DNA of 64,000 bases from Nymphaea colorata (lineage: Eukaryota), in the NCBI RefSeq assembly GCF_008831285.2, contig NC_045138.2:9796001-9860000 (forward strand). The letters are read 5' to 3'. Of the stretch, positions 39,922 through 53,415 are shown piece by piece. Below the pieces are notes generated by a model. The model did no database searches, had not been told where the DNA came from, and saw only the letters and a program-made list of their open reading frames with translations. The number at the start of each line of letters is the position of its first letter. Within the stretch, counting starts at the first letter, position 1. The position numbers were made by a program, and so were the translations under genes.

Positions 39922-39925
39922 AGAG
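39880..39925 (+). promoter_or_regulatory. (GA)n tract abutting the start codon (5' UTR; potential BBR/BPC GAGA site)
   Basis: About 20 GA units end directly at ATG 39926. The regulatory role is inference. Confidence 0.5.
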
Positions 39926-40115
39926 ATGCATCTGAGCGAGAACGAAGGCATCGAAGGGAATACCTTCGTAGTGACGGGCGGTTCGGGCTTCGTTGGATCC
40001 TCGCTTTGCCTCGAGCTCGTCCGTAGAGGAGCCCGTGAAGTTCGATCGCTCGACCTCCGGGCCAACTCCCCATGGATCCCTCGGCTCAGGGACAGGGGCG
40101 TCATCTGCATTTCCG
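39926..40115 (+). CDS. SDR42E1: SDR42E1-like 3-beta-hydroxysteroid dehydrogenase/isomerase family protein, exon 1 of 5
   Basis: MHLSENEGIEGNTFVVTGGSGFVG (NAD-binding TGGxGFxG); phase-1 donor G|GT. The five exons total 1440 nt (479 aa), similar to Arabidopsis At2g33630. Confidence 0.9.
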
Positions 40116-40608
40116 GTGGCCTTTCTCTATATATAGAATACTCAAGTTCATTAGTCCGCAAAAATGTTTGTTGTTTTCTCCGTTGACTAATCCATTCGAA
40201 TTCTAGAAACGATTTCGCGCATACGAAGTTTGGCCCTTTTATTACTTTGAATGTGTTCTCAGCTTTGAATGCGTATGTTCAAATAACTTTGTTGGTCCAT
40301 CATGTTTAAAATTTGGAGATCTTATTGCAGTTAGACTTGAATTTGGTAACTTTGAATTAAAGAGTATTACTTTCAGACATTGGAAATGTTTTTAGTTCCG
40401 CATGCTTATGTTTGGTGCTCATTATCTGCCTCCAATTAACTTTTGTTGATAATTTTGTAGATCATATTTGTGTTATATGTTTTCCATCTTTGCATAATTT
40501 TATCTTTTTGGCTAAACTGGAGAGGCTAAGTGGTCCGTTGTTTCAGTAAAAAGAAAGAAAAGAGATCGAATGGCTGGTGTAACGGATTCTATTTCTTGTG
40601 CTGTTTAG

Positions 40609-40951
40609 GGGATGTGAGCAAGAAGGAGGACGTCGAGAAAGCATTCCGTGGTGCTAACTGTGTTTTCCATCTTGCTTCTTATGGCATGTCGGGCAAGGAA
40701 ATGCTCCAAGCTGCGCGCATTGATGAAGTTAATATAAATGGTACCTGCCATGTTCTGGATGTTTGTTTCGAATTTGGGGTCCAGAGGCTGGTCTATATGA
40801 GCACTTACAATGTTGTCTTCGGTGGTAATGAGATTGTAAACGGAAACGAGCTGCTGAATTACTTCCCAGTGGATGCACATGTAGATCCGTATAGTCGGAG
40901 TAAGAGCCTGGCAGAACAATTGGTTTTGAAGAGCAACTGTCGGCGTTCCAA
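40609..40951 (+). CDS. SDR42E1: SDR42E1-like exon 2
   Basis: TTTAG acceptor; DVSKKEDV...VFHLASYGMSGKEML...YSRSK (catalytic YxxxK); AA|GTATGT donor. Confidence 0.92.
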
Positions 40952-41947
40952 GTATGTGTGAACTTTTCTTGTTTTCTTTCTATTGTTCTTAGTTCATTTT
41001 TGCTAGCCATGCAAGCATGGAAATAGTGATTAGTATTCCTCCGGAACAGGGCATTATCATGATCTTACTGAAAATTCAAAGTATGGTTGTTTGTCGCTTA
41101 AGAATGATTTGTTGATTGGGAAAGTTCCCTTTCGTTGTAATATACTTGGTGCAAATTTTTGGTCTGCATTTATGGAACTATAACTATATTTGGTAGAAGT
41201 TAGAACCTTTCCGTATGTTCTGTGGATTTGCATCAGTGGCGGAGCCAAAAATATCTGAATGAGGGGCACTGATACTTTAATCACATTTTTTAATGGGACA
41301 GTCAATATGTAAATAATAGAAGTGTATAAGGTATTAATTATACAGGTAAACAATTTATGTGGGACTTGTGGGGACGATCGCCCATACCAGTGTTACGAAC
41401 GAGGCCATCTTCCTATCTCTCACGGCACCAAAGAGAAGAAACCAATGTAGAGAAAGAAGAAGACAGATGCAGAGATTGTATGCGGTTCAAAGACAAAGTT
41501 CTCCCGGCTGCCGCCGTCAGAGCAGTTTTTCACTATCATAGAAGAATCCAAGAACACAAGAGAAGCTGCACCCTTCATTAACAGGGGTTGCATGGTGATT
41601 TTGATTTATTGTGATCTTTATTGTGCTGGTTGAGATTGACATAGTTTTGCACCTTGTTCTATATGCTGACATGATACACTTGTTTTCTTCTACTCATTTA
41701 TGGGCTCCAATACACTTATTTTCTACAATCTTGTGTTAAGGGGACATAAAATTACACATTTTTTAAAGGCGAGCCCTCTTCTTTACTCTATGCTTTAATG
41801 TTTTGCTTGAAGCATTTTGAACTTTTTCATTGAGTACATTGTTATAGATTTGGATTAGTATGTGAAATGCATAAAATGATGTCATACCACCAAAGGTTAT
41901 TTCATAAAATTTGATATTTGGCACCAACTTTGTGGAAAAGCTTGGCT

Positions 41948-42671
41948 AACCTGCATCACATGGGTGCGGGTGCTGGTACAAGTGTAGATCCAGATGTGGG
42001 TGCAAGTGAGTGATTTTTTTTTTTTAAAAAATCAGGTGCGGGTCCAACAATGGTATATGAATATAATCAATAGTTTTACATGCTTATATTTTTTCCTGTT
42101 CCAAGTCAAATTTTATTTGAAGGTTATTTTAATCCACTTCTAAATTTTACATTTAATAAAAAGTTGTATTTTTAGAATATTGGTAGACCCTAGTCATCCT
42201 TTTAAAAAGGATGACCTATGGTTGTGTCATCCTTTTCAAAGGATGAATGAGGGTGGATAGAGTGGGGGTGGATGTAGTGGGGGTGGATGTATGCGTCATG
42301 CATGATTGAAAAAAGATAAAGAGAGGAAGGAAAAAGGAAGAGAGAGGAAGTGAGGAACAAAAAAAGTGAGTAAAGAGAAAGTGAAAGAAAAACGAGAGAG
42401 AGATATGCGAAACAAGAGAGAAGAAAGAGAGAGAGAGAGATGCATCTTGCCCACCATTCCAGATTGTCAGAAAGAAGCACACCATCACTAGCAAGGAGTG
42501 GTAAGCTTATTTTTGCTTTTTCTTTTTCTTTTAAGGAGAAAAGGGCAAGTGCAGTCAGTCGCACTCTACTCACTTTGACCAAGCCGGGTGCTGTGTTGAA
42601 GCAAAATTTGCACCACACTCGAACCCACGTTATCTCTACCTTTCTTCTATGTCCATGTAATGCACGTGGTT
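41948..42671. mobile_element. Probable non-autonomous TIR element in intron 2
   Basis: Imperfect inverted ends (ACCTGCATCACATGG and CCATGTAATGCACGTGGT) with GGGTGCGGGT/GCACC subterminal motifs. TSD not identified. Confidence 0.4.
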
Positions 42672-43925
42672 GAGCATGATCAGAGGAACTTGTCTAAAAA
42701 TTAGGTTTCATAATTCTAAATGAAATCATGTTGGTTGTAGAAAATGTGGTTGATCAACTAATTCACTTATCAATGATAGGTTGACCTATTGATGGCAGTT
42801 TTGTAAAATGCATAATGTATCCCATTTGGTTGGATCCAAATTTAGATACATAAGGTAACATAAAATAACACGACATAGCATAGAATATGGCAAATCTAAT
42901 GTTCTATATTAGAATTTAAAAATTCACAACAAAATTAGAAAACTAAAAAATACAAAATAATGTGTTGAATAACATTTACGTTAGCTGGTGTTTTGAATAT
43001 TTAATAGTTTTAGGAACAACTCTTTATTAATAATTGTTTTAGTCTTGGACTTATTTTATAATTTGTTGGTTTCACCCTAATTCTCTTTTAACATGAGATT
43101 AGGGCAGATTAATGAGCATCGAATTAGTTTTCTCTCTCTAAAACTCCAGCTGTAACATGGTGTCAGAGTGTAGGCATCCTCTTCCTTGCTGCCGGTGATC
43201 GCAGGCATCTTCTTCCTTGCCACCTGTGACTACAACAACCTCTCTATCACTGCCGGTGACTCCTTGCTAAGTTCCGGTCTCTCTCTTCTCTTCTCTTCTC
43301 TTCTCTTCTCTCTTCCCCACGTGGCTCTAAATCATGGCCTCCTACTGATCATGAGAACAACAGTAAGCGTTAGAGGAGTCTGATCATGTCGATGTGGAAT
43401 ACATGATCAAAACCTTCAAGTGGTGGTGTGATGTGGATGTTAGGTCTGATATATGTGATCAAACTGTTGTGAACTACATGTGGAGTCAAACGGAGCATGA
43501 AAAGTGACTGAAGATGACAAGTTTTCTGTTTGCCATGGACCAACCTTCTACATTACAAATTGGTATTTTTTTTAATCAATAGGAAGTTCATAATTATCTG
43601 CTGCTGCATGGTTTTTGTCAATCCATGGGAAGTACCTATTTATTGCTGCATCTTCTAGTCAGTCTGTGTAGTTCTGTTTTTTGTGTTTCACGAGGGACCT
43701 TGGATAGCAGTCTGCTATGGCAGACAACACTAAGGTTGAGTCCCATAATGAATACAAAGTTGTTGGGAATCCCTTCTTTGGTTCTATTGTGAAATTAGAT
43801 GGTCACAAGACTCACAACTGTGAACTTTGGTTGTATATGTTCATGATGTCTGTGGCAGGACATCGAAAAGACCACGTCGTTGAAGAAGATGAACCAATTG
43901 TTAAAACAGGGAAGTATACCACATG

Positions 43926-44995
43926 TGTTACAGTCGACAGTCTTAGAGAGAGAAAAACTTCTTATTAACTAACCCTAATCTCAATAATAAATAGGTTAGG
44001 ACAGCGGTAGAGACTTACAAATAACATCAACCAAAATAGAGTAATGTTTAAAGAGAACTCCTAAGTCCTAACTATTAAATATTGCAAAGGACCGAAATTT
44101 AAAGTCTTCTAATTCAACAATCCCCCTCAAGCTAGAGCATACATATTAATCATAGTCACAAATAATGTCTCAGAGTTTTAACGGTGATGTTTTTTTCGGG
44201 TATAATACCGCGAGCTTGAAAAAAAGGGAAACAAATATTCAATTTTTAAAATTTTTTAAAAAATTAAAAATGGGGGAAAAATAAAGTAAGTGAAACTAAT
44301 AACACAAACATCAAAAGATAAATAGATTTACAACAAAGAAAAAATAGAAAATGAAAAAAACTATTTTGCATTAAAAAAACTGAAAAAAGTGAAAAAAGTA
44401 AAAAAAACACATCAAAAACGCATTTTTTTCGTTTTTAACATTTTTTTAAACACCCATTTAATTTATCACTTTTTTTTTTTTAAAAATGTGTTTTCTGTGA
44501 CTATGATATTAATCATGCTTAGCTTGTCACAACATCTAGAGAAATCACCAATAGGAAGAGCTTTGGTGAAGACATCTGCAGTTTGATTTTCAAATGATGT
44601 ATGATTGGTGGCTATGGTTCCTCCTTGAACAAGGGCCTGAATGTAATGGCAGTCCACTTCAATATGTTTAGTTCTCTCATGGATAACTGGATTGTTTGCA
44701 AAGTGTGTGACTACTCTATTATCACAATACATCCTCATGGGAAGAGGAATTGACACACTTAGGCTAGATAGCATGGATTTAACCCAAGTCATTTTAGCAA
44801 CAGTTTAAGCCATAGCTTTGTACTCTGATTCTGTACTAGATCTTGACATCACACATTGCTTTTTGCTTTTTTAGTATATAAGATTGTCTCCCACAAATAC
44901 ACAAAATCTGTGGTAGACTTCCTATCTTTGACGGAGCCAGCATAGTCAACATCATTATAGGCTTCCACTTCCAAAGTCTTGCCTTTTGTGAACAC
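43926..44995 (-). mobile_element. Copia 3' portion (RNase H, PPT, LTR 43926-44119) in opposite orientation
   Basis: MYCDNR...HERTKHIEVDCHY...ADVFTKAL; PPT TTGAGGGGGAT; LTR related to but diverged from 42963-43157. Confidence 0.85.
44151..44505. mobile_element. hAT MITE inserted at the end of Copia RNase H
   Basis: Perfect TIR CATAGTCACA/TGTGACTATG; 8-bp TSD ATATTAAT (44143-44150 and 44506-44513). Confidence 0.9.
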
Positions 44996-45864
44996 ATGTG
45001 GACATTCTTGAGACAGACTTATTCTCATGACAAGAATGTTTCAAAAATTTTACAAGTTGAGGAGGAGTTGCTCAAACTGCAGTAGGGTGACTTCACATAC
45101 TTGGAATTGTCTCAATACTTTGCTTTAGTTAAATCAGCGTATGAACGATTGAAGGCCCTTCGACCTTCTTGTTAGACATGCTACAAGGTGCATTTCGAGC
45201 AGACAATAGTGGCAAATTCTTGACTGGTCTGTCACATAAGTTTGAGGTAGATAAAGTACAGATGCTTACTGGAGCAGAGATTCCAAATCTTGCTGAGGCC
45301 TATAATAGACCCAGTAGTTTGGCTATCTCTCTCTCAGCCTCAAAGTGAAGCTCCTGCTGCTGCCTTAGCTGTGTCTGCAGGGCATGGACAGGCCACAAGG
45401 GGAAGAAGCTCAGCTCGTGCACTTGGAGGAATGGCGACGTTCTGACAGGGCCTCATGGCCACGGCTTGCCGATGGCTAACAATGGGATAAACCTGGGTGA
45501 TGGTGTGCCGAGTGCTTTGCACTCCTCGTCTAGTCCACAGTCCCGAAGAAAAGATGAATGCTTCCGCTAGCTTAAGAGAGAGTCGGCTGGTCGAAGGCTT
45601 TGGGGAACGCCTTCGGCGCCGCGCGGGCTCGAGAAACTCGGCCCTTACTAAGCAAAAGTGCAAAAAGTGATAGAAAAGTGGGATCATGCTAAGGAATGGA
45701 CTAAAGGCAAAACACCCGATAAAGGTAGGTAGCCGCGACGTGACGGGTGCGTCAACCAGACGAACAGACGAAGGCTCAGTTCAAAAGAAATCAAGGGAAT
45801 GGTTGCTGAACTTCTCTCGCTCGGGGCAAAGTCACTGAGGTCAGTGACGAGCTCAGCTCAGCTC

Positions 45865-46003
45865 GTATCTCGCATATCGAATACGTATCGTATAGGTTTC
45901 TTTGACCTATACGATACGTATCGTACGATACGTGTCCGTATCGTACGATACGTGTCCGTATCGTACGATACGTGTCCGTATCGTACGATACAGATAACAT
46001 TGC
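45865..46003. repeat. Palindromic 20-nt tandem repeat GTATCGTACGATACGTGTCC, probably a hAT subterminal end
   Basis: About 4 near-perfect units, ending ...GATAACATTG. Confidence 0.7.
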
Positions 46004-46171
46004 TTTAAATGTGTAAGAATGACTTTCATCTCTACCTTAATATTTGGCCTTAAGAAATTTATATAACTTTCAAGTCTTTTTCTTCTTTTTATTCAATGTG
46101 TGGGGTAGGTTGCACCCTATTTCACATAGGTACGGGTATGGGTCATTTTAAAAAAACGTGGGTATTATGTG

Positions 46172-46228
<57 letters not shown>

Positions 46229-46230
<2 letters not shown>

Positions 46231-46608
46231 TATTGCAAAAAAAGCGTTTTTTTGAGAAAAAATGCAAAAAAAATGCAAAAAATTAAATTTCCGTTTAAAA
46301 CATAAAAAAGGTTTTTTGAAAAAAAACGTTAAAAACGTGTTTTTAGTGCGTTTTTTCGCGTTTTTTATTTTTTTTCATTTTTTTAATGCCAAACAGTTTT
46401 ATTTTTTATTTTTTATTTGTTGCAAATCTACTTATCTTTTGATGTTTGTGTTATTAGTTTCTTACTTATTTTATTTTTTCCCCCATTTTTAGTTTTTCTA
46501 ATTTTTTAAAAATTTACCGTATTTTTTCCTTTTTTTTTTCAAGCTTGCCGTATTATACCCGAGAAAAACGTAGCCGTTTAAAACTCCAAAACGTTATTCG
46601 TGGCTATA
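46229..46608. mobile_element. MITE of the 44151 family, opposite orientation, inserted in a (TA)n tract
   Basis: GCTTGCCGTATTATACCCGAGAAAAACG...TTATTCGTGGCTAT is approximately the reverse complement of 44151-44220; (TA)n on both sides. A third diverged copy lies at ~47048-47399. Confidence 0.75.
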
Positions 46609-46618
46609 TATATATATC

Positions 46619-46669
<51 letters not shown>

Positions 46670-47765
46670 CAACTCAAACAAACAAAACAATGCATTTGTG
46701 ATTCAAAATGTATAGATTTTGAAGAAGAAACTAATGAAGAAAGTGTGGAAGTAACAAACATACTGAAAATAGAAAATTAAACATGGAAATCCCTATTTGT
46801 TGGACAAAAATGGACTTGGTCAACATTGACCGAGTTCAAAAAAATACGCATACTGTCCTGGATATGTGACCATACCCGAAACTGCTTTGACCATGCCCGG
46901 GATGTACCCACGGGCATACTGGTATTGCTGTTGTATGGTACGGGCACTACTCCATAAAAGCAGTACTCGTGTGACATAGGTTGCATCTTTTATCATACCA
47001 TAATGTATGATATAGGGTGTATTATAAATTACAATCTAGCAATTTCACATAAAGCACTTTTTATTTAAAAAAAGTAAAAAAAAACATTAAAAATAGGTCA
47101 GCCTAAAAAAAGGGGAAAACGTTTTTTTTGAAGAAAGCACTAAAATAAAAAACACGAGAAAACATATTCTTTTCTTGTATTTTCTGCCTTTTTCAAAATT
47201 TTTGGCGCTTTGATGCATTTTTCACATTTTTATATTTTCTAGTTACCAGGTTTTTATTTTTACAGTTTTCACATGTTATATTTAGGATCTTTCCTTTTTA
47301 AAACCTACCAATATTTTTCCGAGAAAAAAACTCTGCTGTATTATACCCGTGAAAAACCTGGCTGTTTAATCCTCGACCACAATATTTGTGACAATATGAT
47401 ATAGTATAATTACACTCCTAAAACTATAGTTTTGCTTTCTTTGAGAGTTATGTTGTGCAACATAATTTGTAAGATGCACTATGTTATATGCAATACCGAT
47501 TGATGGTCGTTCATTTGAGCAACTGTGATTGGTAGAATTTGTCCCAAATTTGTCTTTCATGAATCTAAATGAATTAATATTGGTTAAAGAAAGCTTGTGA
47601 GGCTCCTTTCTTCCTTGGTGTATTGGCTCAAGATGTGCACACTTTAGGTGAAGGAGAGAGTGCATGTAACTTTTATATAAGCTCATTGTGAAGGTGCAGT
47701 AATTTCTCAGTGACCATCATCTTATTTCACTTGTTTAAGATTGATAGTTATTGTTTGATTGGCAG

Positions 47766-48034
47766 GAAAGGAGGGAGAACTCTTTATACTTGTGCAATCC
47801 GTTCTGCTGCTATTTATGGACCTGGTGAGGAAAGGCACCTCCCAAGAATATTGTCATTAGTGAAGTCAGGGCTTTTCAGATTCAAAATAGGTGAAGAGAC
47901 GGTTCGTACAGACTGGGTTTATGTGGATAATCTTGTGCTTGCACTTATCCTGGCAAGCATGGGACTTCTAGATGATCTTCCTGGTAAAAAGGGGATTCCT
48001 ATAGCTTCTGGGCAGCCATACTTCATATCTGATG
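47766..48034 (+). CDS. SDR42E1: SDR42E1-like exon 3
   Basis: GGCAG acceptor; LYTCAIRSAAIYGPGEERHLPR...DWVYVDNLV...GQPYFISD; G|GTAAT donor. Confidence 0.93.
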
Positions 48035-48755
48035 GTAATATTTAACTACACTTTTTTGACTTGTCCGACTGTTAACAGCTGTTTTATACTTTTATTGTAA
48101 CTTTTGTCAAGCAGTCCCTTAACAATATCACAGACTTTAACTTTATGCTTTATATGCTGTTCGATTACTTGTTGAGAAGATCATTATGATGCAACAGTAA
48201 ACCTTCTGTTTGTGAATCAGTTTTGTTTCAACAGTTGTCCTTTTGTGTCTTTTGGAACAAATGTGTCTGGCTGTGTATGTTTTTGTGTCTCTGTCATTTT
48301 TGTTGAATAAGGCTTTGGCTTTATGTCTGGCTGTGTATGTCTTTGTGTGTCTATCATTTTTGTTGAATAAGGCTTTGGCTTTATACTGCTGGCTGTATGT
48401 GACTGCAGAAAAGACATTCTCAGAACATTTGTGATTAACATGTACCTGAAGGTAAAGCTTACATATAATTAATTGAACATTCAGTTCTACATAGTGAGTT
48501 GTAGGCTGGTGCAGAAAAACTTATGCATGTGTTTAATCACTTAGACATTTTCTAAAGACCAATTGTCCATAATACGTTTGTTAGGTTTTGATGGTTCAGT
48601 TAATATAGTGACTAACAATGTCTTGTTGAGCATAGGAAGCTAAGTTGATGCCTTAGTGATTTAGAGTTTGGAGCTTGCTGAAAAAGGCTAGTGTGCATGG
48701 CAGACTTGTAAACTATGAGAACACGGATGTCATGGTTTTTGTTTGCATGTGATGT

Positions 48756-51700
48756 TGTTAGCGACCACTTGCTAACTGCCGCCTCTTACAATGTAAACAC
48801 TACCCCAAACTCACTCACACGCTCTGCCCTAACCCAGTTAGAGCAAACCCTCACCAGAGGAAAGATTGCATTACATTCGATATCCCTAATTGCACCCCCA
48901 AATCCTTATTTATAACCATCTTCTGGGTCAGTCCCGTAGACCCGAACCAGACCCGATTACGGATCCAAAACATGGACACTAACATTACTCCCTCCTTCAA
49001 AAAACACCTTGACCTCAAGATGTGAGCATGAGAAATGAATGCCGATGAAGAAGGTTCTTTCCTTGCTGTCCGCAGGACAAAGTGAACCACCAACTGAAAG
49101 AACTGTATCAATAACAGTCATGATAGTATAAGTGCACACTTGAAAATTAGCTGCTCCCTCTTTGATGCTCCCACAAAATAAGAGCGAGAGAGAACCACAG
49201 ATACAGGCCTGCAGCTTGGTTATTGGAATTGTCATGTCCTAACTTTCTTATTCTGTCATATTTGGATAGTTGTGGTGTAAGCCTGCACTTCAGGTTAATG
49301 CAAAGCATGAGTCCATCTCTAGAAGATGAGATAGTAGCAGATGGGAAGGCCTCTGATGCGGGTTGCCTGTGAACTCTTCCAATATCCAATCTGGTGGGAG
49401 GCCTTGCACAACTCTTGCACCAGCTTTGACAAGCCCTAACCTGTGACCTCATGGAGACAGGTACATATCCTTGTACATATCCTTTATCTTGAGATATCTG
49501 TAGGGTTCTTCAGAGAGAATGTTCTCTCCAACAATTGTAAGAATGGACAACTGCCAAATATTTTCACACTTTGTAGTAGAACTGATCTCATCTTCTGCCT
49601 CATCCACTTTGTAACACTCTCTAGCTGTTGATCTACAAGAATAAGTACAGTGTACCAAGATCCACCTTGTTCCAGCAGAAGTATGTTGAAGGAGTTCTTC
49701 TATTAGATGGGAGCATGCACCTCCACCTTCATTCATTTGCAACTGTAGGGCTCTATACACCTGCACTGCCTCTTTAGTTGGCATCTCGATCTCATTTGGT
49801 CCTCTCCTTCCCATGAAGTGAAAGTCTGCCGGCATTTCATATTGCTCATGCAAGAAATAATAATTGCTTCCTTCTTTTCCAACAAAACTTATGCTGAATT
49901 GGCCATGATTGAATCCAGAAAGGGATGTGTTAATGGCCTTCCCTACCCAACCTACAACTTCGAAATGATGGCAGGGTAGCATCTTGGTGGCTGATTCTAT
50001 AGTAGTGAATAATATCATGCGGTTTTCCATGTTAAAAGAGTGGGGACACATATCAGCCAAAAGGTTATAGGCCTGCATGTCTTTGTTCATCCCTATCATG
50101 ATAATGAATGTAGGCACTTGCCCTTTTTGTTCTTCGGCAAACAAAGTGGTATGACCGTGACAGATGGAGACAAAAACAGAGTGGCTTGATCGCCAAATAG
50201 AACACTTCAGGTGTATCTACCCAAGGTAGCATTGATGCTAGAGGCTGAGTCTCATCATTGCTGTAAAATGAACCTCCAGTAGGCAAGGTCATCTCTTTTT
50301 GTTTATGTAAAACATAGTAAAAAAATGCAGCAATGAAGTTCCTGTTTTCTTCCACGATATCAGCCCTTGAATACTCCTTGTAGTCAAACTCCATATTTCT
50401 CCTACTGACTCAACTTGTTTACGAGAATAAAATGAAACCTTCGAAACAGCAACCTCTAGCACCAAACCTCTGATGCAATCAAGACCCCAAATTTGCCTCC
50501 TCTCCTCCTCTCTCTGTAGTATCTTCCAGTGGAGCTTCTTTAGCACCTCCACGTTGTGCCTGGTTGAGATGTCGACGTGTCCTTTGCTACTGATGTCATG
50601 TGGCTCCCATGCGGCTTTCGTGCTGATGCATTCCTCCTCCACTGCTCCTTCCATAAGGTATTAAGAAATATAGTCTGGCTGACTCCATACTGAACATTGC
50701 CATGTTCGTCAATACTAAGGAGATGCACTTTGAAAAACCTTACCGACTTTCACTCTGGGAAATCCAATTCAGTTGAAGGCGAGTTCATTGTCATTTTTGT
50801 CACCACGCAGTCTAGTATATCAAGGGGGAAAATCAAACTTGCGGATTAGGGTTGCTTCAACGTTGTTCTTCACTATGGTTTCCTCGATGGAACCGCTGGC
50901 AGACCCACTATCGATCACTGCAAAGGCATGGACAAGAACCAAAATAGCTACCCTCCCCCAGTTGGTAGATTGACTAGAGCTCTGCCAACTCATGGCCTTG
51001 GTGGAGTTCCAAGGTAGGCAAAAGAGGTAAGGGGTAGGCAGACAAACAAACCTCAGACAGATTGGAGATAACTGTGGTGGCTGCCTGTGGTAGACGTTTT
51101 GCTTCTTAGGTTGAGGCTTCCTAGCGATTGAAAGCACTCTGAACCTTGGCCTTTGTAATCAGATATTGCTGAGTAGTACAAATCGTAGGTGGGTGCCTTG
51201 TCGAGGGCGCCGATCGTTTTCACCATGGCAATGGAGGATTCATTCTTGATGGCTGGCGAGGATGGCCATAACCTGATCCCATGGAGGTTGCCACACTTGT
51301 CTTTTGTGCCTTATTATGCCCATTTCAAGGGTCGCATATTGGAGGGTCTTCAACTTGATATTGGGGAAAATGTTGCGGAGAATGTCTGGGTCAAAGATCT
51401 CAACCATCGCGGCACCCCTCTCCACCTTCGACCACCAGGAAAAGTAGATGCCCATTCCTGCTGATTGGGATAGGAGCAGGAGGATGTCTTCATTGGGTAT
51501 GGTCGCCCCTTTGAGGGCCAACTCCAGTGAAAAATTGGCATACCCATTTCCATCAACGTTGCTGCATGTGTTGGCACTAGATGTAAGTCGACCCTTGCCT
51601 CTGCCTTCTTTTTATTCCCACGAATGACTGCATCACTCTTGAATTGGTTTTTTGTCTCAATCCTTGAAGCATCATCTTCTTCACCCATGTCTGGAAGCAC

Positions 51701-52254
51701 CATGGTGTTTCCCTGTTCTGCTTTGGCTACAGGCTTAATGTCTGCCACGTTTTCCACGGATAACTCCAGAGGCTTACATGAGTTCTTCATCGTGAACCTT
51801 ATCTGCTCAGAACCCTCGTGGTCCTGTTGAACTAATTGTTGTAGCAGCTCCTTGAGAATGCATTGCCCCCAAGCAAATCACCTGAAGTCTCTGGTTGATG
51901 CCAAGCATCTTTTGATCGATCCTATTGAGAAATTCTTCTAGTTTCACCTTCCATCGATCTATTCGACCCAATGTTCTGCAACCTCCTTCATCAGTTTGCC
52001 TTCATAGACTGGCTTTGATACCATTGTTAGCAACCACTTGCTAACTGCCACCTCTTACAATGTAAACACTACCCCAAACTCACTCACATGCTCTGCCCTA
52101 ACCCATTTAGAGCAAACCCTCACCAGAGGAAGGATTGCATTACATTCAAAATCCCTAATTGCACCCCCAAATCCCTTATTTACAAACATCTTCTGGGTCA
52201 GTCCTGTAGACCCGATCGAGACCCGATTACCGATCCAAAACATGGACACTAACA
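48756..52254 (-). mobile_element. Non-autonomous Gypsy-type LTR element (3499 bp) in intron 3
   Basis: LTRs 48756-48984 and 52025-52254 (TG...CA), TSD GATGT, PBS TGGTATCAAAGC, PPT GAAGGAGGGAGTAA; tail LEVKVFFEGGSNV is chromovirus-like; no RT, RNase H or integrase core motifs seen. Confidence 0.9.
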
Positions 52255-53218
52255 GATGTGAGGAACCTTCAGAAGGATTTGTGGTAAGAAATCAGGTCTG
52301 ATTGTGATATCTGGTATCATGCTGCTGTTCTCATGCAATGTGGGTCTGCGGAAATGCCTTGCATTGTGATCTCTCATGTATCTAGGAGATAGACACATAT
52401 TTTTGTTCCTTGCTAGAAATTCTTTATAGCACTTGGACAGTTGAATTAGTAGGCCATCAATCTGGAGAAAAGGAATCTTAAGGATCCATTGTAAACATAT
52501 TTTGCAGCTTAAAGTAGACAATGTTGATGGATGCACTATATAATCTTACACAATCTAGTCATATACATATCTGTAACTAAATGCAGAAGATATAATGTAT
52601 TTGACTATTTCTCTGATGCATGTTCTACTTTTTGGTTGTCAATTAGAAAGTATTCTTCCTTGAGTGCCATTTTCCAGCATACATGAAAGGATATAAAAGT
52701 TTTAAGTCATCACAGACTCTGACGATTTAGTTTGTTCATCTATCTAGACTTCATTTAGTGGATTCTTGGCTGAACCTTGGCTGGAGTTTGGAGGTGAAAG
52801 TTAGATCCTGTCACTGTAAATGCTTGTCCAGTTATATCATCCTCATATTCTCGTTTTGACGAAACATTAAACATGGAAGCCATGCTGTTCAAGGTGAAGC
52901 ACAAAATAGATGTGTCCCCTCTTTTATTTAGCCTTCTGAAGTTCACAAGTACTGAATGTGGTTTAATTGGTAAAACTGTTCAAGCTTTTTATATTAGCCA
53001 AACACAAAGGTTGACTAGATAACTAACCATATCAGTCTGTTACTTAGCCCTTCCATTAAAGGGCATTGTCTAGATGAAAAAACTGCATGATTAAGTCGTT
53101 ATCTATTGGCCATAATTTATGTTTTTTATGTCTTTTTTTCTGTTTTTGGAGAACAGATCTGGGCTTCTTATTTTATTTTGTGCGACAGTTTTGTTACAAT
53201 ATATTAATTTGTGTACAG

Positions 53219-53415
53219 GCATTCCTGTGAATACTTTTGAGTTTCTTCACCCATTGATCTTAAGTCTGGGGTATGATTCCCCAAGCCGCAAAATAAAGGT
53301 TTCTCATGCTCTTATGTTGGCACGTTTTTTCTTCGCTGTCTACTCTCTTCTGTATCCATGTTTACAGCATTCGTGGCTTCCTCAGCCTATGCTTCTTCCA
53401 GCAGAAGTACATAAG
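53219..53415 (+). CDS. SDR42E1: SDR42E1-like exon 4
   Basis: TACAG acceptor; IPVNTFEFLHPL...PMLLPAEVHK; AAG|GT donor, phase 0. Confidence 0.92.

Larger units (their letters stand above)
42963..45480 (+). mobile_element. Truncated Copia (LTR, PBS and gag relic), interrupted by an inverted Copia fragment
   Basis: LTR TGTTGAAT...CTGTAACA (42963-43157), PBS-like TGGTGTCAGAG, gag start at 43717; gag resumes at ~44996 (MWTFLRQTYSHDKNVSKILQVEEELL). Confidence 0.75.

Noticed and set aside
41391..41583. Solo LTR (TG...CA); a similar candidate lies at 56009-56373
   Set aside because: No matching TSD and no partner copy in the window, so it cannot be supported.
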